From Candidatus Kerfeldbacteria bacterium (GTDB taxonomy: Bacteria > Patescibacteriota > Patescibacteriia > UBA9570 > XYC2-FULL-38-9), in the NCBI GenBank assembly GCA_016182555.1, contig JACPGJ010000007.1, positions 192,053 to 256,052 on the forward strand: 64,000 bases of DNA, read 5' to 3'. Shown here one piece after another: positions 57,907 to 64,000 of this stretch. Numbering within the stretch: the first letter of the stretch is position 1; the number at the start of each line of letters is the position of its first letter. The notes under the pieces are model-generated. The model was not told where the DNA came from and searched no databases. It saw nothing but the letters and a program-made list of their open reading frames with translations. A program made the translations under genes and the position numbers.

Positions 57907-59871
57907 TTATTCTAGCTCTCCATGTGAGGAAACCATATATTCTTCAAATGTTGCTCCATTGAATTGTAGTTTGATTTGAGCATTTTCTATTTCGATGGAA
58001 AATGTATCCGAAATATCATATACCTGTTGAATACGCTTACGACTTTGCAAGTGTAATTTGTGATAACCATCAATCGTATACAAACGTGTCATAAAATGTT
58101 GCTCTGGTTGTGGACTGAATGTCGACACAACGACCGCTGTAGTGGAAGTTCCGGGGATCATAAATGACTTCATGACAATATCATTCCCAAATTCTGTATA
58201 ATTTTTTTTAAACTCTTTTGCATCTAATCGTTTACCAGAATAACCGTCAAGCAAACGAAGGTGTCTACCAGAAGAATCGACCACCAAAATGTGTGTGCGG
58301 TCAGGTGTGATAATCGTAGAGGCTAAAGTTCCTGTCCCTTTTTGGAATGGATCAAGTGACTGCACACTACCATCTTCGTACCAAACCTTCATTCTTGATC
58401 CCCATTTCGTTTTCTGTATTTTTTGAATCAATCCATCCTGCTCAATTGAAAAATCATAATCTTCATCAAGAAGACCATTACAATCATTATCAATGCCATT
58501 ATTTTCTGTTTCTTTTGCGCCAGGATGAATTCCTGATTTTGCATCGTTGCAATCCCCCTGTATCGCAGAATATCCATCTTGATCACCATCACCGGAAGTG
58601 AATAAATAATGATCAAAGAGAATATCATCTTTGCCATCACCATTCATATCACCAGCATTTACAGCGCCGGGTGACCTCATCCAATCATTGGCGTTATTTG
58701 CCGCATAACCATTGAATGTGATATCGACAGCATCAACAAAATCTGGTGAATACTCAAGATCTTCTCCATAAATCACATACATAGCTCCGGATTCAGGAAT
58801 ACGATTTGGGCTGGCTATTTGATCAAATAGAATGATATCATCATACGCATCGCCATTAATATTTGCCGAGGTAGTCATTGCATCAACAATATATCCGTTC
58901 ATCTCAAGAACTGCTCCATCAGTTACAGTCAATGTTGTTGGCCAGGTCAACTGACCATACAGAATATATTGATTATTCTTTGTACTAATCAGTAAATCAG
59001 AAATTGTGTCACCATTTATATCTACACTACGCACCGTACTGCTATTATTCGTAATCGATTCAATATTTTGTCCACTAATTTCAACGTCAACTAATTCATC
59101 TTCACTCATAGGCTCTTTCCATTGGTCTGTTGGGCGTCCAAAGGCAATCTTAGCCACACCTTCGTAATTAAAAGAAAAAAAGAGATCGTCATATCCATCT
59201 GCGTTCACGTCACCAATATGTACGTCACGTCCATCAAAAAGAGAAGAAAGGGTGGCATCAGGCGAGTCAATCGACTTAATTCCTGTAGGCGAGCCAAAAA
59301 ATAGCTTATACGATTGACTATCATTTTCTTTCACCAAAACATCATCGTAGACATCTCCATTCACGTCCCCCGCGGGATAGAGGTCACCTTCAATAATGGT
59401 GATACGACTATCTGAAAGATCATCAATATCAATTACATCTGGCGCGAGATAGATTAAATAATTACGTTCATCTTGAACTTGATCATGTAAAAGAATATCC
59501 TGTAATCCATCACCATTGAGGTCACCAAGCACCGTCATAGACTGTTTATAATCACTTCCCAAGGGGCGAAGAAACTCTACAAGTGTTGTTGTGGCTAAAT
59601 CTGCTGCTGTATGCAAAGATGATCCACCTTCCTTCATTCGAACAGCAATACGACAATTTTCTTCTATTTTACAATTGCCACTATAAATTAAATCATCGTA
59701 ACCATCACTATTAAAATCACCAACCGTTACTGGGGAATCCTGCATGGTAAAATGAATGGAAGACAAATCTTGATTCTTCACCAATGTCCGCTCAGTTGCT
59801 GCGTATGTGGATCCCGGAATCGTGATAATGATTATTGTCAGTAATAAAGAAGAAACAATGGGGAATCGCAT
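57907..59871 (-). CDS. secreted FG-GAP repeat protein with a Cys-rich putative metal-binding motif
   Basis: Signal peptide. Seven or more repeats (GDFNSDGYDDLI, GDLNGDGLQDIL, GDVNADGYDDLF...). CNDAKSG...DNDCNGLLDED motif. Confidence 0.7.
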   Translation of the reverse strand: MRFPIVSSLLLTIIIITIPGSTYAATERTLVKNQDLSSIHFTMQDSPVTVGDFNSDGYDDLIYSGNCKIEENCRIAVRMKEGGSSLHTAADLATTTLVEFLRPLGSDYKQSMTVLGDLNGDGLQDILLHDQVQDERNYLIYLAPDVIDIDDLSDSRITIIEGDLYPAGDVNGDVYDDVLVKENDSQSYKLFFGSPTGIKSIDSPDATLSSLFDGRDVHIGDVNADGYDDLFFSFNYEGVAKIAFGRPTDQWKEPMSEDELVDVEISGQNIESITNNSSTVRSVDINGDTISDLLISTKNNQYILYGQLTWPTTLTVTDGAVLEMNGYIVDAMTTSANINGDAYDDIILFDQIASPNRIPESGAMYVIYGEDLEYSPDFVDAVDITFNGYAANNANDWMRSPGAVNAGDMNGDGKDDILFDHYLFTSGDGDQDGYSAIQGDCNDAKSGIHPGAKETENNGIDNDCNGLLDEDYDFSIEQDGLIQKIQKTKWGSRMKVWYEDGSVQSLDPFQKGTGTLASTIITPDRTHILVVDSSGRHLRLLDGYSGKRLDAKEFKKNYTEFGNDIVMKSFMIPGTSTTAVVVSTFSPQPEQHFMTRLYTIDGYHKLHLQSRKRIQQVYDISDTFSIEIENAQIKLQFNGATFEEYMVSSHGELE

Positions 59872-60130
59872 AATGAAAATGTAAAAATAAACGTAACTTC
59901 TACATGCAGTATAAATCGAACGTAAAAAAACGCAATGGTGATTTTTATCCGTTTTTCATACGAGACGGCTATGCTTTTTCTAACTTCGCTATCTTTGGCG
60001 TTAAAAATGTTGGCGGAAATAGAGCCGTCTGTGGATAACTCATTTTTCGAACAGATCTATAAACAAAAAACCAGCGCGCGGCCGATTTTCTGTTTTCATA
60101 TACTATTTCTCACAACACTATATCCCTCGT

Positions 60131-60204
60131 GTGACAGGAGAGAGATTCGAACTCTCGACCCCGGGCTTATGAGTCCCGTGCTCTAACCAACTGAGCTACC
60201 CTGT
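60131..60204 (-). tRNA. tRNA with CAT anticodon (Met elongator, or Ile2 if lysidinylated)
   Basis: Acceptor GACAGGG/TCCTGTC (one G-U pair). D arm GCTC-AGTTGGTTA-GAGC. Anticodon loop CTCATAA. T arm GGGTC/GAGAG-TTCGAAT-CTCTC. Confidence 0.8.
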
Positions 60205-60280
60205 CATAAATTTTTTCGCACTGTCTAGTATTCCGGGTACACCCCCGCCCCGTAAACGCCTCACACACCAACCACCACGG

Positions 60281-61219
60281 CTACAGCACTGGCGGCAACG
60301 CCGTCACTCGGGTACTGTTTTTAAATACCGGAATGGTCTTGCGCTGCGTATTCCCCACCTTGTCTGTGGCAATAATGCGAATATACCAGCGTCCGTTCTT
60401 TTTTTCAAGCATATCATAGGAAATTGGAATATCTGGTGTTTCTACAGGGTTTATGGCTTGAATCACTTGTGAGTGGTGTTTGTGTTTATTCAGTAACTTC
60501 ACCACAACACTCGCCACACCACTTGTTTTGTCCTTCACCCGAACATCCATATTCATAACATCATGCACCACCATACTGCGGCGCAAATGTTTCAACCGAA
60601 TTTTGGGGCCACGATCATCCACCACTGCATGCTCGGGAATAAACACCGCTGGATCATACCAGTCATCAATCAGCGCCAGATCAGACACATGGCCATAATA
60701 GACCCACACCCCAGTATACGCCGATTTATGAATACCAAAGTGAATATGTGGCCGCGCACTACCCGCTTCTGTGGTATTCCCCAGCACACCAATCTGCTGT
60801 CCAACGCTCACCTCTTGGCCTGGTGAAACCATATTGTTGCCCACACTCAAATGCCCATACACCGACACAATAGTATTTCCGCCTGCGGACTCCGGAAGGG
60901 TGTGCTCAATAAGCACCACCAAACCAAACCCAGAACGCTCCTGAGATTCTTTCACCACGCCATTGGCCACCGCATACACCGGTGTACCCTCTGGCTGGCC
61001 AAAACCAGCATCTGTGCCCACATGGTACAAACCCGCGGAAAATTCTTCACCATGCTGAATAGTATTTCCAACCCACGGATTCAGGGGAAAAACAAAATGG
61101 TCGGCAATACCTGCCGCAAAGGCGAATTTTGGCAGCAATGCACCAATGAATACAGCGAATGCCAGAAAAACACCGGAAAACAATGCTTTATTGATACGCA
61201 CAAGCAATAGATGACCCAT
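60281..61219 (-). CDS. membrane-anchored M23 family peptidase
   Basis: N-terminal TM helix. M23 core HVGTDAG...GHLS...HIHFGIH. Confidence 0.75.
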   Translation of the reverse strand: MGHLLLVRINKALFSGVFLAFAVFIGALLPKFAFAAGIADHFVFPLNPWVGNTIQHGEEFSAGLYHVGTDAGFGQPEGTPVYAVANGVVKESQERSGFGLVVLIEHTLPESAGGNTIVSVYGHLSVGNNMVSPGQEVSVGQQIGVLGNTTEAGSARPHIHFGIHKSAYTGVWVYYGHVSDLALIDDWYDPAVFIPEHAVVDDRGPKIRLKHLRRSMVVHDVMNMDVRVKDKTSGVASVVVKLLNKHKHHSQVIQAINPVETPDIPISYDMLEKKNGRWYIRIIATDKVGNTQRKTIPVFKNSTRVTALPPVL

Positions 61220-61243
61220 AGAGCGGTCATCGTATTCTAGCGC

Positions 61244-61798
61244 TTATTGAGGAATATGTCCAATGCTACCTAATAATGCATCGACAATGACAATCCCTTT
61301 TGTGGAAAGCGACGCCATCAATTCATGATGAATTTTTTGTTCAATTTCGGCACGGCGGCTGGAGAAAAAATCGTTAGCCGTATATTGTGCGGCAATAGTT
61401 CGCACACGTGAACGTACGGTTGGGCGAATAATTTTTTCAATATAATTATCGCCAATGTGTTGCCAGAGTTGCGTGGCATTTTCTGAATCGATATGAAACA
61501 AAATCGTCATTTCGATAATCACATTTTGCAAATCGGTGGTGGCAGCAATAATTTCCGCATCGCCTAATTCGCTGGTGGCAATATCAAAACCATTACGAAT
61601 TTGGTATTCCTGTACTTGGGTATTAAACAACTTCGCTTTGTGCCAAAACGGCAGTTTCAAATGCAGACCCGGGCGCAATACTTTCAGCAATACACCTTTG
61701 CTATGACTATAAATGCAGCCTACATACCCTGGCGGCACGGAAACGAACATGCCGAACATAACATCTTCAATCGCAATCGAAATGATTAACTTGTCCAT
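61244..61798 (-). CDS. SPFH/band-7 (prohibitin-like) domain protein
   Basis: N-terminal hydrophobic segment. Overall resemblance to the SPFH fold. Weak, by recall. Confidence 0.5.
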   Translation of the reverse strand: MDKLIISIAIEDVMFGMFVSVPPGYVGCIYSHSKGVLLKVLRPGLHLKLPFWHKAKLFNTQVQEYQIRNGFDIATSELGDAEIIAATTDLQNVIIEMTILFHIDSENATQLWQHIGDNYIEKIIRPTVRSRVRTIAAQYTANDFFSSRRAEIEQKIHHELMASLSTKGIVIVDALLGSIGHIPQ

Positions 61799-62541
61799 AA
61801 ATCTTTAATATTTTCTTTTAACTTCTCATCTTTCACAACATACTTCAGCACAATACCGCGAATCAGCCGCATCCACAAGGAGAATATCACGGAAGTGGTA
61901 ATAAACAAGGCTTTAGATGCCGGCAACACAATCGTTGCAAAATAGATTCCCAGCGGAAGACCGAATAACAACACCTTATCAATCACGCTCGCTTCCGAAA
62001 TATGCTTCACACGGCGAATAGCCTGCTGGAAGAATATCACGAAAGCGGCAACGAGAGAAGCTGCTTGGCTTGGAACAATTAAATTCAACTTACCCAAGAA
62101 ATACGGATCAATAATTTTTGGCCGTGGGGTGATTGGGTAGAATGTATTATGCCCACCAGGTTGCAAACCGGATGAGAAAATTTTATACAGCACGACGAAA
62201 AATAAAATTTGAAACAACAGTGAAAAAAGGTTTGAAAAAATACCAATGTTATTTTGGCGCAATAATTGACGCGTTGCGATGCGTTGGCGTTCCAAGTTAT
62301 AGCGGTACTTTGATTTAATTTCATCAAACACCGGCTGAAGCCGCTCTAAGCGATGTTCACTGCGAGCCGAACGAATAGAAAATGGCAATAACACAATACG
62401 AATGAGAATAGTGAGAAAAATGACCGCTAAACCCATATCTCCTCCGCCAATTTCTTTGTATGGCGGTGAGATGACATACATCGTAATCAGTAAATTGTAG
62501 AGCGGTTTATAGAGAATTTCGTACCAGATGAAATTAAACAT
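61786..62541 (-). CDS. yidC: YidC/Oxa1 family membrane protein insertase (short form)
   Basis: LAVIFLTILIRIVLLPFSIRS TM1 signature. Amphipathic RLQPVFDEIKSKYR helix. Five TM segments. Confidence 0.7.
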   Translation of the reverse strand: MFNFIWYEILYKPLYNLLITMYVISPPYKEIGGGDMGLAVIFLTILIRIVLLPFSIRSARSEHRLERLQPVFDEIKSKYRYNLERQRIATRQLLRQNNIGIFSNLFSLLFQILFFVVLYKIFSSGLQPGGHNTFYPITPRPKIIDPYFLGKLNLIVPSQAASLVAAFVIFFQQAIRRVKHISEASVIDKVLLFGLPLGIYFATIVLPASKALFITTSVIFSLWMRLIRGIVLKYVVKDEKLKENIKDLWTS

Positions 62542-62737
62542 ACTTAATATATAGTATACTTAAAATTCAAAAAAATGTCAAACTTCAATATTTGACATAC
62601 AACCGGAAAATAACCCTATTTTACTTATCTTGACAACCCGTTGTTGCTTCGATATGATAGTTTGTCAACCTGTCTACGCGCTTGTTTGGCACCCTAATAA
62701 ACAGTATACGTTTTCAGAGATACCGTAGAAATGATGT

Positions 62738-63892
62738 ATGATAGAAAAAAAGAGTAAAGAAGAACAAATTTTTAACCTTCTACAACACAGCACCTCTGTG
62801 TTGATTTGCCTTCCGCAGCAACCATCGACAGATGCGATTGCTTCAGGCTTGGCTATGCTTTCGATTGTTGAAAAACTGCAAAAACGCGGGCGTGTGGTCA
62901 GCTCGGGCTTTCAACTTCCCTCAAACCACAGTTTCCTTCCAAAAAGTGAAGAAATTGTTGCTGATGTGACTGCGCTCAAAAAATTCATTATCAACCTAGA
63001 TATTTCGCGAACGAGCGTGGAAGAAGTGGCCTATACCATAGAAGGCAAACGCCTACGACTGTACGTTACCCCAAAAGGCGATGGATTTAGCGCAGCTGAT
63101 GTCACTGCGGAAGAAGACAACTATGCCTATGACTTGATTATTGCCATCGATGCCCATGATTTTGAATCACTCGGGCGCATATACGAAATGAATACCGAAT
63201 TTTTTTACCGCACACCCGTGATTACCATTGACCACAGCCCGGAAAACCGACACTTTGGCCAAGTTAACTTAGTACAAATTACGGCGACCTCTGTATCTGA
63301 AGTCATTTTTGAGCTACTCCAAAGCTGGCAATCTACACCACATGCCTTGCTCGATGAATATATCGCGACCAACCTGCTCACAGGCATGATTTCTAAAACA
63401 AAAAGTTTTCAAGCGGGTTCTGTGACCCCACGGTCGCTGGCCATTGCATCTCATCTCATTTCCCAAGGGGCACGCCGGGAAGATATTGTGAAAAATTTAT
63501 ACCAATCGAAACAGTTGTCTACTCTGAAACTGTGGGGGCGGGCGCTATCGAAACTGGAATCTGATCAAGCATATAAAATTGTGTGGTCAAAACTCGTGCC
63601 AGAAGATTTCCTGCAAACAGGTGCACCAGAAAGCGAACTCCCAGATGTAATTGATGAGCTCATTATCAACACTCCAGAAGCCCGCAACGTTTTTATTTTG
63701 TATCAAAAAGCAAATGGCGAAATTGATGGAGTAGTGAGTACGGCGCCATATATCAATGCGCTGGAATTGTTTGCCTCATTACAACCACACGGCAGTGAGC
63801 ACTTTATCTTTTTTAATGTAGCGCGCCAACCGATGGCTGAATTAGAGCAAACTATTCTTGAACGACTCCGCTCTGCATCCCCGACTGTTTAG
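62738..63892 (+). CDS. DHH-family phosphoesterase (NrnA-like nanoRNase/pAp phosphatase) with DHHA1 domain
   Basis: VLICLPQQPSTDAIASGLAM...DLIIAIDAH...VITIDHSPEN motifs in DHH order. C-terminal DHHA1-like region with GG.....A. Confidence 0.65.
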   Translation: MIEKKSKEEQIFNLLQHSTSVLICLPQQPSTDAIASGLAMLSIVEKLQKRGRVVSSGFQLPSNHSFLPKSEEIVADVTALKKFIINLDISRTSVEEVAYTIEGKRLRLYVTPKGDGFSAADVTAEEDNYAYDLIIAIDAHDFESLGRIYEMNTEFFYRTPVITIDHSPENRHFGQVNLVQITATSVSEVIFELLQSWQSTPHALLDEYIATNLLTGMISKTKSFQAGSVTPRSLAIASHLISQGARREDIVKNLYQSKQLSTLKLWGRALSKLESDQAYKIVWSKLVPEDFLQTGAPESELPDVIDELIINTPEARNVFILYQKANGEIDGVVSTAPYINALELFASLQPHGSEHFIFFNVARQPMAELEQTILERLRSASPTV

Positions 63893-63907
63893 CGCGGGGT
63901 TTTTTTG
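63879..63907 (+). terminator. intrinsic terminator after the DHH gene
   Basis: CCCCG...CGGGG stem overlapping the stop codon, followed by T8. Confidence 0.55.
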
Positions 63908-64000
63908 ATATACTACCCAAGGTATGAATAATTTTGGATATGGATCGATTGACGATCTGCTAAAAAAACGACCAGCGCGTCTGTCTACCAACTCGACAAC

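Noticed and set aside
59935-60186. 83-aa ORF overlapping the tRNA-Met gene
   Set aside because: It overlaps a well-formed tRNA on the opposite strand and has no coding signature.
1-64000. Alternative genetic code (UGA as Gly or Trp, as in some Patescibacteria or Mycoplasma)
   Set aside because: Standard-code translation yields uninterrupted ORFs of 999, ~1470, 770 and 762 aa with conserved motifs in register, so UGA acts as a stop codon here.
1-64000. CRISPR array
   Set aside because: No regularly spaced short direct repeats were seen. The only repeated short element is the 70-nt palindromic terminator, spaced 1.5-3 kb apart with genes in between.

Overview
This is an AT-rich bacterial window (about 35-40% GC by eye), most likely from a small-genome bacterium rich in secreted M23-peptidase and FG-GAP proteins. 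The lineage assignment is tentative. Standard-code translation gives intact long ORFs (999 and about 1470 aa), so no recoding is needed.

The first ~23 kb is ordinary core chromosome: a DUF4143-type AAA ATPase, leuS, a LysM/M23 peptidase, a single-domain receiver protein, rsmI, a yifB/comM-like ATPase, an RNHCP protein, lspA, a dksA-like gene, gmk, pnp, rpsO, a giant Ser/Thr/Tyr-rich surface protein, a NYN-domain protein, a xerD-like recombinase and cca. leuS carries an in-frame alpha/beta-hydrolase insertion of about 185 aa.

A tRNA cluster follows: tRNA-Arg(CCG), tRNA-Arg(TCT), a tRNA-like 5' fragment, an HNH endonuclease gene, and tRNA-His(GTG) with an encoded G-1.

The main finding starts at the 3' end of tRNA-His. 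A direct repeat of about 260 bp (24407-24684 and 40779-41037) brackets a roughly 16 kb AT-rich island. The island holds nine paralogous TrmB-like winged-helix regulator genes. Each is transcribed divergently from a variable cargo gene. Three cargo genes belong to an apparently novel family with a receiver-like domain and a DnaJ-type CxxCxGxG zinc-finger tail; the others are a lipoprotein, a small coiled-coil protein and hypotheticals. The divergent promoters carry palindromic operator-like sequences. A conserved palindromic terminator-like element of about 70 nt occurs eight times, always directly 3' of a cargo gene. The island ends with an AlbA_2/Schlafen-like plus HATPase_c regulator gene. 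It abuts a truncated AEP primase / SF2 helicase gene whose reading frame terminates inside the second repeat copy. An AbiEi/AbiEii type IV toxin-antitoxin pair lies next to it, with the toxin frameshifted.

Downstream come DUF4256 and DUF1003 proteins, an FAD oxidoreductase, an EamA transporter, a ferritin-like protein, a clan GH-A glycoside hydrolase, a sensor histidine kinase with two kinase-less 7TM paralogs, a GC-rich (about 50-55%) LuxI/GNAT-like acyltransferase gene that looks horizontally acquired, two FG-GAP proteins (one fused to M23), tRNA-Met(CAT), another M23 peptidase, an SPFH protein, yidC and a DHH/NrnA-like phosphoesterase.

One ORF-free, GC-enriched stretch (9960-10548) ending in a strong terminator is a candidate structured ncRNA that I could not assign.
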